Of a DNA stretch of 64,000 bases, positions 1 to 14,300 are shown piece after piece. The notes under the pieces were generated by a model. It saw only the letters and a program-made list of their open reading frames with translations, was not told the origin of the DNA and did not search any database. Position 1 is the stretch's first letter, and every line of letters starts with the position of its first letter. Location: NCBI RefSeq assembly GCF_009914755.1, contig NC_060929.1; one strand, 5' to 3'. The stretch comes from the human T2T-CHM13v2.0 reference genome, Homo sapiens. Both the position numbers and the translations under genes were made by a program.

Positions 1-680
1 CTCTGTAAACACAGATGGCTGGACCCCACCCCTGGGGTTTTAGATTCAGTAGATATGCAGTGGGGCCCAAGTGGCAATGCCCTTCAGCCCAAGACCACCA
101 GAAACACAGCTGTAGTTAACCAAGTTGGTCTTATTATTTGTTGTAGCCAGGGACAGCACACCATGGGAAATATGAGTGTCCCAGTAAGGTGTGAATAAGA
201 TCCTACAATAGGATTTGGGCTTTGGTTGAGTGATTTGAAACTTTAAGAAAGCAAGTGTTTGCTCTAGATTGGGTGCTGCTGGAAAGTGGATACCATTCTA
301 TGATTGGCTGTCTAAATAAGTTTTATCTATAAAGAGCAGAGACTAGCAAGAGGATAAGCTGTACTTGGTAAACAAGTGGCAGCCACTCATTGTGGCCAAG
401 AGAGGATGTTTGGCAGTTTGTAGGCTGCACAATGACCTTATTTTTATCTGTGTTTAGATAAAATTATGAAGTAGACTTGCTTTGTCTCATTTCTCATGGT
501 CTGCAACCTTGTTTAGGGTTGGTGTTCTGTGAGACTGTTTAGTAGGAGAATGGCATGGCCTACTGTGGGTGCTTTAAAATGTCAGGAACTGCCCTCCTCT
601 TCCCATTTCCTATCCTGCCTGTTCCCCATGATGCTAATACTGCTAATACAGAGACTACCACACTTCGAGAACCACTGCCT
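1..680. mobile_element. MER5A-like hAT DNA transposon remnant (about 1-70 and 620-680), split by an LTR
   Basis: gattcagtag...tggggcccaag at the start and cacacttcgagaaccactg at ~660-678 resemble MER5A interior and terminus (recalled consensus). Confidence 0.6.
71..585 (-). mobile_element. ERV LTR, MER21/MER77-like
   Basis: accaagttggtcttattatttgttgtagccaggg...ggatttgggctt resembles the reverse of MER21-group LTRs; it interrupts the MER5A-like sequence. Confidence 0.45.
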
Positions 681-3033
681 AAGAGGATGAAGTGACCTGA
701 GAACTACTGTTTGGAACAGGTGCAAAAGAAAAAATATACAAGTAAATACAATCTTGAAAAGCAAGGGAACAGAACTTCAAGACTAAAACAAAATAAGAAT
801 AACAGATCCTAGCAGACAATGTACCCTGGGCAAACTGAGTAGATTAATGTAATGCACAGCTTTAAATGGATGGGATATGGCTGGCATCATCTGGTCATAC
901 CCCTCCTCTCCAGCTCCCAGCTGCCTTTCTTAACCAACTTCCAATTAAGGCCTTTGTGCTTTCTATGTCCTTTGCCTAGAACTGGTGCATTTTTCACCTG
1001 CTTCTTACTCATTCTTTATGTCTCATTTAAAAACGTCTCTTCTTCCAATAGGCCTTCTCAAAACCCACTCCCTCTTAGTAAACTAACTTCCCTTTTAGTC
1101 ACTATCATATTTTCTTTTTCTTTAATGCATCAATCATAATTTATCATTAGATATTTATTCTTATGATGGTTGATTCCATTTGTCTGTCACTTCCACTAAA
1201 CTGTGAGCTCCCTGTGAGTAGGAACCATACCTATCTTGGTGACCACTGTCTCTTTCACTTTTAGAAGAACACTGGAAGGGAAGGACCCACTTCCTTCCTC
1301 CGCATGCATCGAATGTCCAGTGAGTCCCTATTTTCCTGTATCCAGTATAATACACACTAGATCTTTAAAAAATTCTCGATTGCTTTGGCTTACAATGACA
1401 CTCTGTTTTTCATTGCTTTTATAAATCCCAAAAAACACTTTATATTTTTATTTTATTATTTCAATAAACATTACAAAGTATGTGATGGAAATCTATATAC
1501 GCAATGAAACTTGAGTTTCACACCATAACAGACCATGATTTGTTATCAAGACCTCTTTGCCTTGATTCAATCTGATGGTTGCTCTTTTAGTTGTTGTTTC
1601 ATGCTCACTATTAGAAAGCTAATAGGGACTAACATTAAATGAATTTTTTTCCTTTGGGCACTTCACTTGTTTGAGATATATTTCTTGGGTTTGTTGTTTC
1701 AATTAAGTGTTCTGACACACTTCTCTTAACCCTTCTTCTGGGGCTGGGCTTGATACAATAGCCTTCTTGGCTGTGAATCTGGGATGGGAGAAGATATTTC
1801 GCCAAGAATGGTATCCAGCAAGGTCTCAGGAGTTTTAAGCTTCAAGCTAAACTGTGTCCTGTTCAGATCTGGTTTAGTTGACTCCCTAATACTGAATTCA
1901 AATGACTCAAAATGCTCGTAAAATGGTAACAGAAGATTCTGTGTACATCAAACAGCTCTTACTGAACATCACTTTAATGAGTTCAGTGTAAATGAAACAG
2001 AAACATATGGATTCAATTGTCCTAAAAATACACAGGGCTTTAAAATAAAGGCAAATAAGGAAGTTCCATGGTGACATGTGTTTTAAGGTTTGCTGAACCA
2101 AAGATGTTGGAAAGCTCTCCAAAACGCTCATCAAGACTAAAATGCAACTGGCTTCACCCACTCCCTCATGTGTGGCCAATGACAAGTATGCCTACTCTTC
2201 CCTTGTACTCTCGAAGCAAATAGCTCTTTTCCTAAGATGGGGCCCAGCTCACTGTCATTAGTATATGCAGATGTGAACAAGTTCCATGCCCCCTCAGCCT
2301 CAGGAAACATGTGTTCCCCAAGCAAAGTGGGAAGAGGTACTTCCTCTTCTCTCCATCCCAATCCCTGTCCTATATTCTCTTCTAGAGTCTTGCCTCTTCT
2401 CTCTTCAGCACCAGAGGGGTGATCAGCTGGCATCCTAGGTGGAGCTCAGCTCCAACACAAGCCTGCCAGTCTCAAAAACTTGCACTGGGTTGACAGTGCC
2501 GATTCCTTCAGGCCACAGTACAGACTTTTGAGTATTCTTTAACTTTAGACTCTTGAAGCCAAGCATGCACACTGCTGTCACAGGAGCCTCTCCTTGGCTG
2601 TCCCTTGCCTTTCCAGTACCCATACTTGTACATGAGAAAAGGGCTTCCTTCTATAATTATCCACTGGACCAGAAGCTTCTTGGGTGGGAGAAGCAGGTAG
2701 ACTATCATTTTGCCTCTAGTCTTGCTCTTCTTTTTTTACTTTTTGCATGAGCCTGGGCTTTATTTTCCTGTAGCATGTAATATATTTACCATGACAACAC
2801 AAAAACAGTTCTGCTGCCTTTGTCTCAGACACTCATCAGAGAATCTTTTGGCCACATTCTGTAGGCTATAAAAAGTACTAACCCCAAAAAGCTTCAAACA
2901 AACCATAGTCCCTTCTTTTAAAGGGGTAAAATAGACATATGGGAATCTATAGAGGCTGCAAAGTATCTGTTTCCTCATGACTTTTCAGTTTCTCACAACT
3001 CCAGCAAGCAACTCTACCTTAGCCTAGACTGAG

Positions 3034-3460
3034 TGCTATAGTTTGGATGTTTGTCCCCTCCAAATCCCATGTTGAAATTTAATCACAAGTTTTGAAGGTG
3101 GGGACTAATGGGAGGTGTTTTGGTCACAGGGGCAGGTCCCTCATGAATGACTTGATGCTGTCCTTCTGGTAATGAGCAGGTTCTCACTCAACTAGTTCCC
3201 CGCAAGAGCTGGTTGTTAAAAAGAGCCTAGCACCCCACCTTTCTCTCTCGCTTCCTCTCTTGACATGTGACCTCTGCACATGTTAGTTCTTCTTCACCTT
3301 CTGCCACGAGTGGAAGTAGCCTGAAGCCCTTGCCAGAAGCCAATGCTTGTGCCATAGTTCACGTACAGCCTGCAAAACCATGAGCCAAATAAACCTCTTT
3401 TCTTCATAAATCATCTAGCCTCAGGTATTCCTTTATAGCAACACTAAACGTACTAAGACA
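3034..3460 (+). mobile_element. MaLR solo LTR, MSTB-like
   Basis: Starts tgctatagtttggatgtttgtcccctccaaatc, ends aataaacctc...tactaagaca; flanks CTGAG / CCAAG are a decayed 5-bp TSD. Confidence 0.85.
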
Positions 3461-4121
3461 CCAAGGAACCAAGAGGTCTGTGTATAATGTGGTCCCTGGA
3501 GAAGCCTTTTGGTAAAGGTTCACTGGCTTTGCTTTTTCCCAGGTGAACAAACCAAAACAAGCAGAGGGTCTTCCCTTACCTAACTGAAGTGAATACCTAG
3601 AGGTAGTCAATGTACATTTGAACATTCTTATACAATTCGTTTTGCTTATGAGGATGGGTCAGTCATCTGATGTGAGAAAAATGTCTTTGATTTCTATAGT
3701 TTTTTTTCCCTTGATTTAATCTTTTATCCTTCTGCTCGACTATTTCTTTTTTCCTAATGTTTTGCGGCTTATTTTCAGAAATGTATTAAAATTTTACTTG
3801 AATCAAGAAGACTAAGCAAAAAGGAAAGTGTGTCAAGGTGTGAGACAAAGGATAAAATGCCAGTTCTGGTGAACAAGAGGACAGTTGTCACTCAGGGGAA
3901 GTCAAGAATGACATTTTGGTCCTGGGGTCCTGACCAGCTAGTAAGATCAGACCCATGCTCCAATTATGTCATAGATAACTATAAAAGGGATCTCGAATAT
4001 ATTTAAAAAGCAGAAGATGTTGACTTAACTGGGTTTCCTGGAGCTTCCTTGTCTCAGCTTCAGTCTTTGGTCAGCAAATAAAAGAGGGATTTGCATGATG
4101 GGAGTAAAGGGAAGCTCTGTC

Positions 4122-4552
4122 TATGGTGGCTAACTTTATGTGTCAACTTGACTGGGTCATAGGGTGCCCAGATCATTGGTAAAACACTATTTCTGGGTAT
4201 AACTATAAGGGGTTTCCTCACATTTGAATCAGTAGACTGAGTAAGTCAGTTTGTCCTCCCCAGTGTGGGTAGGCATCATCCAATCCTTTGAGAACATGAA
4301 TAGATCAAAAAAGGTGAAGGAAGAAAGAATTCACTCTCTGCCTGACAGCTTGAGCCAGGACTTTGGCCTTCTCCTTCCCCTGGACACCTGGTTCATTATC
4401 AGTGCTCCCAGGTCTCAGGCCTTCAGACTTGGACTAAAACTTACACCATCAGTTCTAGTTCACAGATCTTCAGACTCAGACCAGAACCTCACCACTGGTT
4501 TTCCTGGGTCTCCAACTTGCAGACAGCAGATCATGAACTTCAGCTTTCATAA

Positions 4553-4594
<42 letters not shown>

Positions 4595-4691
4595 GTGTGT
4601 GTGTGTGTATGTGTGTGTGTGTGTATCTATATCTATATCATCTATATCTGATCTATTCATTATATTTCTCTGGAGAACCATGACTAATACA
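4122..4691 (+). mobile_element. ERVL solo LTR, MLT2-like
   Basis: actttatgtgtcaacttgactggg start; ctctggagaaccatgactaataca end; flanks CTGTC / CTCTC (4 of 5 match). Confidence 0.85.
4558..4625. repeat. Compound (CT)n(GT)n microsatellite inside the MLT2 LTR
   Basis: Directly visible. Confidence 0.95.
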
Positions 4692-7600
4692 CTCTCTATC
4701 TAATACAAGTACATTGGAGAAAAGAATTAACGAAGAAACATTTATTATTAACATAACCTGATTCCTGCTAGCAAAGCAGGCTGAGATTTCCAGGAGTAAA
4801 ATTCTGTCACACACACAAAATATGTCCAGAGTCTGCCTCTGTTACCTCTGTTACCATGTACTCCTAAGCTTTCCAAGGTCTCTAAAGATTTTCGGAGGAC
4901 ATTCACATAACCTGCATTTCCTTGTTATTTCCTGCCATTTTCTGTTGTTACTACTGTGGCAACTTCTTTCGCCCTCACCCCAGCCCCTCACCTCATTCTC
5001 CAGTTGTACATTAGGTTCATGGCCAATGACAAATTCAATTACTATGAAAAAAACGAAAAAATGAAATTCAATTTAGCCTGGCAAATGGTTAGATTCAAGA
5101 CCATAAAACAAGCAATCTTGTGCATAGCCTTGAATACAATCTGAAAAAGCCCTAAAATGTTATTTTTATTACTATTTGAAGAATGACTAGACAAGATTGA
5201 CCAGGGAACATTCTGGGCAGATTTCTTTCTTTGTTGATAGAGGGAAGGGGAGGTGACCTCATAAATTTGTTCTTTGACTATTTTTTTACAACTCTTTATA
5301 AGAAATTTGGCTTTGTAGGCTTTTACCCTAGGGGAAGCTGGTGTTCTTAGTGAGGAAATAGTTTATATCACCATGCAGCACTGTGAAATACTTGACTCAG
5401 TCAGGCTGCATACACAGTGAGAAAAAAAAAAAGACTCATTTTCTTAGTAAACACTGCTGTATTCATAACACTTTGCTTTAGCTCTCATGACATTTTGAGA
5501 TATTGCTCTGCAGTTGCTGAACATAGGGGTAGAAGGGCGTCCTCCATCCTTTTGTTTCTTACTACTACCTCTCCCCGCTTCCCTTGACAAGATGAACAAA
5601 CCAAGTTTCAGTGGCTGAAATCCTTGAAAACATCAAGTTACCTTTCCCAAGGTGAATAATTATCTATATAAAGAACATGTGGCTTTCATATCTATCATAC
5701 TTTCTTTTGTCCTCTTTTTTAAACATCAGTTTAGCTCAATTCAAGCCTTTTCCTAGACTGCTTCTTTATACCAATAATTCACTGCTGGTTCTCTGACCAG
5801 TCCCCTGCTAATCCTTTCACTATATTGCAGTGTTTCTCTTCCTGAAGTCTTCTCAGTGTCCATAGCTCAAGAGGAAAGAACACATCAACAACTTGTAGAC
5901 AGCCTAAACACACACAGGTGCGCAGGTATACACAGATAAATGTTTCTTCACACAAAGCAAATTAATTTTCAGCATTGAGACTCATGAGAGTTCACCCTAA
6001 GAGCTTTCACTGAGTGTGAGTCACAAGTAATCAGTCTTTGTGGCGTAACCTGTGAGTTAGTGAATTCTTACTGGTCTCAATGAAAAGCCTTCTTTGTCTA
6101 TGTGGTTATTAATGGGACTGTAAAACTGCATGATAAGATAAAATGAAGCCCTAAAACCTTACATGTTTACCCCACTGCAAAACAGCTGTCCCATACCATC
6201 TCTCATGGCCAGATCTACAGTTTTAAGATCTGTGCACCACAGGTTAGCAAAAAAACCTGCTTTGTAAAGGACCACATTTTTCATCAGAGGACCAGCCACT
6301 TAACATAAAATTTGAAATCCTCAGTGATAAAAAAGACAGAAATGCAGAATATACCTCATTTCTGAGATCATTTGAAGTTTTGATAAGGTGATTTCTAAAC
6401 ATGGGCTCTAATTTTCTCTGACTACAAAGTGACATTCAGGTGTGAGATTCCATTTCCAGCGGTGAGTTCATCTTTTACTGCCTTTTATCAGCACGAATTA
6501 TGGTGCAGCAGGTACTTACTTCTCTATAACAGCAGGGGTCAAGTAGATAATTAATGAGAATTAATCTGTAAAAAGAAATATAATGTCCTATTTGAATCTT
6601 GGTTTATGACTTGGTTTATTATGCAAGTGTGAAACTTCAAAGGGAGCTAACTCAATGTGGCACTTTAATTACATTTTATTATATTTAAGAGTTTTGTGGA
6701 AATTTTGCTTGCTGCCAAGAAATGTTTCTTAAGAACACTTTCTTTCCCAGTAGACTGCTGGGGCCCCTATTCCCAGAGTGGCTACAGAGGGGAGCCGCCA
6801 GCACCTTTCTCATATCAGAGAGAAGGTGCAAACAGCTGCGAGGTGGAACACTGGCCTAGGGTGTGGCCAAGGACAATTTCTCTCACAGAGGGTAAAACCA
6901 CAGAACCCATGAGACTCCCTTTAAGACTTTTCAAAGGCAAACATTCCCAATGGCAAACTGGAAAGCTTGAGTTTAGAGATGGGTTTTTGGAAGACCAAAT
7001 ATGAGGTGTCAATCCTGTGGTGACCTCAGAGATGGCCACTTCCACCACTTGGGGGAAAAAAAAAACAGAGGGGGAAGCACATGCATCTCCTTTCATTGCA
7101 GCTTAAGTCAACTTAATTGTGCTGGATTTAAGAGTAAGGGAAGAGATCCTGTCTTTAATAGCTGCATTGTTTCCCTATCCGCTAATCTTTTGGAGGGCAT
7201 AAAACTAAGGAAAAAGAATTCTAAGGTTAACATGAACCAGTGTCTGAATCCAGGGCAAAGGGCCAGGGTTCCTCCTATCTAATTCCAGCTCTGGTACTGA
7301 CTTGTCTTATGGCCTTGGGCAAAGCCGCTTGGTCTCTGTGCTTGGTCTGCCCACTGCTAAAATGACAAGGATGATGCCATTTGTGCTGACCTCACTGGGA
7401 CATTGTACAGACAAGTTGGAAGCTATTTTTTTTGTTGTTTAAAAAGAGTGTTAGGTTTATTTTATTAGATTTGAAGGATATGTTTCTGGTGATAGCAGAC
7501 TGAAGGAATGCCCAGAAATAGAAAAGCTAAAGAATTGGTTGATTGATTTGGCATGATTAAAGGACAGAACAATGTGTCCAAAAGTGGTTCTGCAAAAAGT

Positions 7601-8469
7601 AAATGAAGGAATGCTATTTAAGAATAACTTTGTTGTGGGAGGAAACTGCCCTCAGGTTTGAATAGTTTGGTGTTTTCTTTTACTCTTACCAATGGGTTGG
7701 CCCCATTGTTTCATAAGTGGTAAAATCTAGGGGTCACCAGACTAATTTACTTCATTTGGAATGAAGGAAAGAGAAAAAAAAATACCATTTTCTCAAAGAT
7801 ATAATCAGTGTTGTGGAAAAGATAAAACATCGAGATTGAAAAATGGCTAGAAATTGAAGAGAATATTGGAATTTTCCAAGCGCTATTAAAATTTGTATTT
7901 ACAGCACTGAAAGTTGACAGGGAAGAGGCAACCTCATATCTAATCTTGTGGGAGGATAGCCTGCACTGATTATTCATTTATTCATCCAACAAAGATGCAC
8001 TGAGCACCTCCACCAAGACAGAGTTCCTGCCCTCAAAGAACTTAGAGTTTATTAGAAAAGTTACATGCATTAACAAATTACTGCAAGGTCCTATGATGAG
8101 TGTCATAGTAAAAACACATTATGGTTCTATGCTTATAGAGAGAAATGAAAGACATATTCAAAAAGTCTTTGGTAGTCAGGACTGACTCTACGTAGGGAGA
8201 TGATGAAAGGATCATGATGTGCTTCTTAGACAAAGAGATGAGTAAGAGTTTACTTGGAATCAGCGGAGATGCAGCAAAGATGAGCGGAGGAATAAGCAGA
8301 GGGATCTGCATGTACAAAAGTATAGAGGCATCAAATAGTGTGATAAGTTCATAGAGCAGCTCCATGGAGTTGAGACTTAATGCTGGGAGAAAAAAGATGG
8401 CAGAAGAGGAAGCCAGAAAAGTCAGCAGGAGGCCATCAAGGAGGGAGAATAACTCTGCAATCAGCTCGT

Positions 8470-8680
8470 GTTTTTCTGCTTACTGCGTTGCATACTAGGG
8501 CAGGTTCCTCAGTTCCTAAGTAAAATGGGACTAATAATCATACCTACGTTGAAGGTTATTGTGAGGACCAATTGTTGAAGGTTATTGTGAGGACCAATTG
8601 AGATAACATGCGATTAGTATAGGTGAAGCAATTAGAACAGAGACTGGCATAAAATAACTTCTCAGTGAATGTGCATTTAT
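8470..8680 (+). mobile_element. MIR SINE containing a 26-bp tandem duplication
   Basis: MIR core-like cctcagttcct..gtaaaatggga..ataat..tacctac..gttattgtgagga. Confidence 0.65.
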
Positions 8681-8685
8681 TCTTA

Positions 8686-9508
<823 letters not shown>

Positions 9509-10259
9509 TTATAGAATTCAGTGACGGAGATGGAGATGTTATAGGAGAGATTTCAGCCATCTCCCAGTTTTGGGACTTGGGTGACTGGGACAGGCAATGA
9601 TAACATTAACCTGAGTATGAAAATGTAGAAGAAACAGGAAGTATAGTGGGAAAGTAATAAATTCCGTTTATTCACATGTGAAGTTTGAGGTATCCAGGAA
9701 CATTCAGATCAGCCATTTTCTGGCAACCAGAATCAGGCCAGGATATCTGAAAAGAAGTCTGAAGACTAGACTAGACCACAATACAAATTTAGTCTCAGAC
9801 TAAAAATAGAATTTTAGGAGCCTTTGGATTGGGTGAGATTATTTGTGGAAAAAGGCTAGGATGTTAGTCTGAGAAAGACTAGAAAGAGAAGTGTGAGGGA
9901 GCCAGGAAGACATGAGATTGCAGAAATCGAGGGAGAAGAGAAGATTCTGATTAACTTTGGAATCATTTTTTGACTCATTTTAAACCGCCTTTTTTATTTT
10001 GCCATCCCTTCTGTAGACCATCTCTAAGTCCTCCCATAAGGTGCCTGGACTCGTACAGCCATTTGTGGAACAAACATTAACTCTATCCTGCAACTTTTCA
10101 CTCTTCCCACTACAGGATTATTTTGCACGTGATTTTCTTTAAAAACAACACAGAAGGTATGGAGTAATATTGAAAAGTCAGGCAAAAATTAAACATGAAA
10201 TAACTTCTTTTTCGTACATTTTATTAACATATATTTGAATTATAATCAAGTATGTTTAT

Positions 10260-12600
10260 GTGACTTTAAGAGTAATTAGAAATCCAGAATCACTAAAAGA
10301 GAGAGATTGTAAATTTTAATTTCTACATATATAAAAAAAATTCAGCATGAAAGTGATCACCATAAGTAAAACCAAAACTCAGAAAGGTATTTGCAGTTCG
10401 TATCAGAGATGAAGGACTACTCTCCCTTACACACAAAGAGCATCTAGAAATCATTGTGAAAAATGCCAGTAATAATAAAAAGGTATGGGCCTGAACAGTT
10501 TATGCACAGACAAAAGAAGATATTGGTTGCCCCCAAACAAATGAAAAGATGCTCAACCTCATTCATAATAAAAGAATGCAAATTAACACTGACATAGCAT
10601 TTTATACTTACCAGTTTGGGGTAAAACACCCAAAACAGTATGTTGGGAAACAGACACTGTCTTACATCGCAGGTGAAAATATGAAACTGATATAACCAGA
10701 ATAACCTTGAAGAAGGGGGATTTAATAAGATTTATCAAAATTACAGATGACTTTACCCCTAACTCAGAAGTCTCACTGCCTACAGATACTCCTGTACAAG
10801 TACAAAATGATATATAGGGAAAGTTATTCCTTGTGACATTGTTAATAGCTGAAGTTTGGAAACCACCCAAGTGACAGCAATAGGGTGTTTGGTTGAGTAA
10901 AGTATTGTACATCTTCAGAACATAGTAACATGCAGCCATAAAAAATTTAAAAATTAAAAATAAAGAATGAAACAGATTGCTAGGCCCTACGATGAAAAGT
11001 GGAGAGATCTCTAGGACACAGTACTTTAAAAATACAAGAGATAGAGGGTTATGTAGTATGCTACTGCTTGCGTGGGAAAATAAGGTGATAGGAACACATA
11101 CATGTATTGGCTTATAATTACAAAAAGAAATATTTTGGAACATAACTTCCTGGTTGTGATTTCTTTATTTGGCAACATAAACAAATATTTAGCAAAATTT
11201 GTTACCTAGAGAGGATAAAGAAAAATGAGGTAAAGGGTATACTTTTAGTGGGATATTTTGTACACAAAAATTACAAATAAATTTTAGTAGTAATACTGGC
11301 ACTGCTATTTTGAAATTATTTTCTTTATATTTCTTACATGAAACAAAGAAACTATGTAAATTTTAAGATTAAAGGTTTTTTTTTTAGCAAATTCCAGTTA
11401 TAAAATCAAAGACGCTAAGTAAAAACAATATAATATTAAAAGTAAACTGAAAATATCAATATGAACTTTTAGTTTAAAAAATATGTTATTTGTTATCTAG
11501 CACTGAAGTTACCTAGAAAGAAGGTCACCTTGAGGCTTCCACACACCTCATGCCCAGAGTTTGAGTTTTAATATCATTGTCCCCTAAAGAAAATCAAATC
11601 CTTTAAGAAATATCTGATTTCTGCTTTGGGGCAGGGTGAGCACAGGATGATGGGCAAAGAAGCATTCACAGATTAATAAGTTCATATCAAATAGTATAGA
11701 ATCCAGATGAAAGGGGCTCAAACTAACCAAAAACATAACAATTTGAGTGTCAAAAAGAATACTGTTTGTAACTGACATGAAATCTATGGAAATCTATCAG
11801 TCTACAACAGCACTCAAAGAGAAAGCAAAAAACAAAAAGAAAAGAAAAGAAAAAGTGGTCACCATTTGAGACTATTGAACCAAATCAGCTTTGACAATCA
11901 GTAATTTAAAGGAGAAAATTAAACATTCCTTCTGTCTTACGAAGAATTTTACTTAAAGTTTACTAAATAGTCCCAGTTGGAAAGAGAAAGCTCTACTTTA
12001 CAGGAGAATGGCAACTAATGTATAGGAAAATAATAATAGATTTAGAAAATCATTGTGCAACTACAAATGGAAGTATTGATTCAGACACATCAACAATAAT
12101 TGCTAATAAATAAGGATGGGTTTTCTCCATCTGCCATCAGTGTCCCCAAATCTTGATGATAAAATCATCAGGTGAATGGTTAATGTATTCGACTTCAGTA
12201 CAGTGCCAAAAACAACGTTCCACACTATTCAAAGGGGAGAACTTAGCAATGGGAGGATCACATCAATGCTCAATTTAACATCTTTAATGGTGGGGGAGCC
12301 CATTTGAGATGGAATATGAAGTAAACCATGTCATGTGGAATGTTTTGCATCTCAAAAGGTTTAACTGTGATCTAATAAAGTCCTTCTGTTTTAAGGAAAT
12401 GTAGGGGCTAGTGGGACAAGCTACATGATATCCTCAGAAAGTGATCAGAAGAATCATGGAGAAGGAATGACAACTGGCTGATGGGGGGCAGAGATAGAAT
12501 GGAGACTTCCTCTCTACCTTTGCATAGATCCATGTGACTTATTACCTATTTAAAAATGAAATAAATTAATCAAATACTTTTTAAACAAGTGATTAGATAT
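10260..12600 (+). mobile_element. Ancient L1M (L1MC/ME-like), ORF2 end and 3'UTR fragments
   Basis: Degenerate L1 motifs aaatgaaaagatgctcaacctcattcataataaaagaatgcaaatt and tggaaaccacccaagtg; A-rich + strand. Confidence 0.7.
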
Positions 12601-13869
12601 TATGCCTTGTAATTGTAATGGAAGAAAAATTATTCCAACTATAGTCAGATACTGATATTATTCTGCCATTTGTGAAAGAGGGTTGCTAATCAATAAGAAT
12701 GTGGTTTTCCCATCTTCCATACTGTCTCAAAGTCTTGTTTATATAACTCAGCTCTAGCACTGTACTACTGAATGAAGAATGGCTTTTTGCCTAAATACAG
12801 TAGACACATTCCTCTTCCTCCCCTTACCCAGTTCACCACTGCCTAAGAACCCAATTCTGAAAGACAGGCACAAAATAAAGGAGCATGAGAAATCTCATGC
12901 CAGATGCCTCAGGAGAATATCAGAGGGCATAGGGTTTGGATATTGATGCTTAAGTTTCGGTTTCTCAAAAGGGCCCATAGGTGCTCTCCATAGCAGTTCA
13001 GGTTGGCCTCAACTAGTCTTGAAGCAAAAAGGCCTGGTAGATCTGCTTTCCTTTTGCTGCTTACTGGCATTAAACAACAATCAGTAAGCAGGCCCTTAAG
13101 CAGGCAGATTGTCCAAATGTAGAATTCAGGCAAGCTGCAAAGGGAAAATTCACCTACAGAGCAGAAGTCTGTGTCCCTGCCTTCTCCCAGGGGACGTGCT
13201 CTGAATGGCAATGTTTAGTGCCTCTGCTTCTGTGCATACATTAAAGGAATTAGATAGACCCAACCTTTTGTTTTCCTACTTCTTGCACATGGCAAATATT
13301 TAATTTTTAATTTATCAGATAGAAGTGACACATTCTTACTTAAATGCTAGGAAAGGGTCCTCAGAGTCCCTGAGAAAAAGGCAATGAGTGGCCTTCTTTG
13401 TAGTAATTTTCTTGGCCAAAATAAAGGACAATGGTGACCTAAGGAGCAACTCACTACCAGACAAAGAAGGGGATGGATTTAAAACTACCTTCCCTGGGAG
13501 GAGGGCTCTTTTCAGATCCATCACTAGGATCTCAGACCAAAGGGCTGGATGGGTAAGTGGGTAGAAATGGCTGATATTTACAGCACTCTGAATTAAATTC
13601 ATCATCTGATTGATATTTGACCTGGTTAATCACTACTGGCCAATAGCAATATTTCCTTGAGTAAAGGAGAAATTATGCTCTTCTTAGAACTAAGGAGTTC
13701 AGGGAACCAGAGAGCATTTGAGCAAAGACCTTGGAAGAAATCCCAAGTGAAAGGTCCACGGCAATAAACAATTGCAAAGAAAAGAAGTGGAAGTTGGAAG
13801 ACAAAGCCTGGAGGGCATCCTTAAAGGGATCAATGCCACACCAGAGTACATGGGTTTATGAGAAACATG

Positions 13870-14300
13870 CTTAAGCCATTCATTCCACAAATATTTGAGC
13901 ATCTTCTAAGTGTTAGCCACCATGCTAGGAGCTAAAGATACAATGGTGAGAAGAAGCAGACACAATTCCAGCCTTGATAGAGTTGTGAGAGGAGATGGAC
14001 ATATGCTCATTCACAGCCCAAATGTCAAAATCACACCTCAGCTAAGTGCTACAAAGGGGAAGTGCTCAGTGCTATGGGGAGTACAGTGGAGATATTTATC
14101 TTACACAACGTCAGAGAAGGTTTCTCAAGAAAGTGACATTCAAGCTGAGTCTTGAAGTAGAGGTGGGGCAAAATTCAAGTCAGCCAGAATAATATATGCA
14201 AAAGTCCAGAGGTGAAAATACCAGGATTTATTCAAGGGACAGAAAAAAAGACCACAGTGCAAGAGGGCCTGCCATAAGATAAGCTAGTCTTTACTAAGAG
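13870..14300 (-). mobile_element. L2 LINE fragment
   Basis: cattcattccacaaatatttgagcatctt..gtg..agccac.atgctagg is the typical L2 3' end in reverse. Confidence 0.6.

Noticed and set aside
10583-11143. 186-aa minus-strand ORF
   Set aside because: Antisense reading of a degenerate L1M with no protein features.
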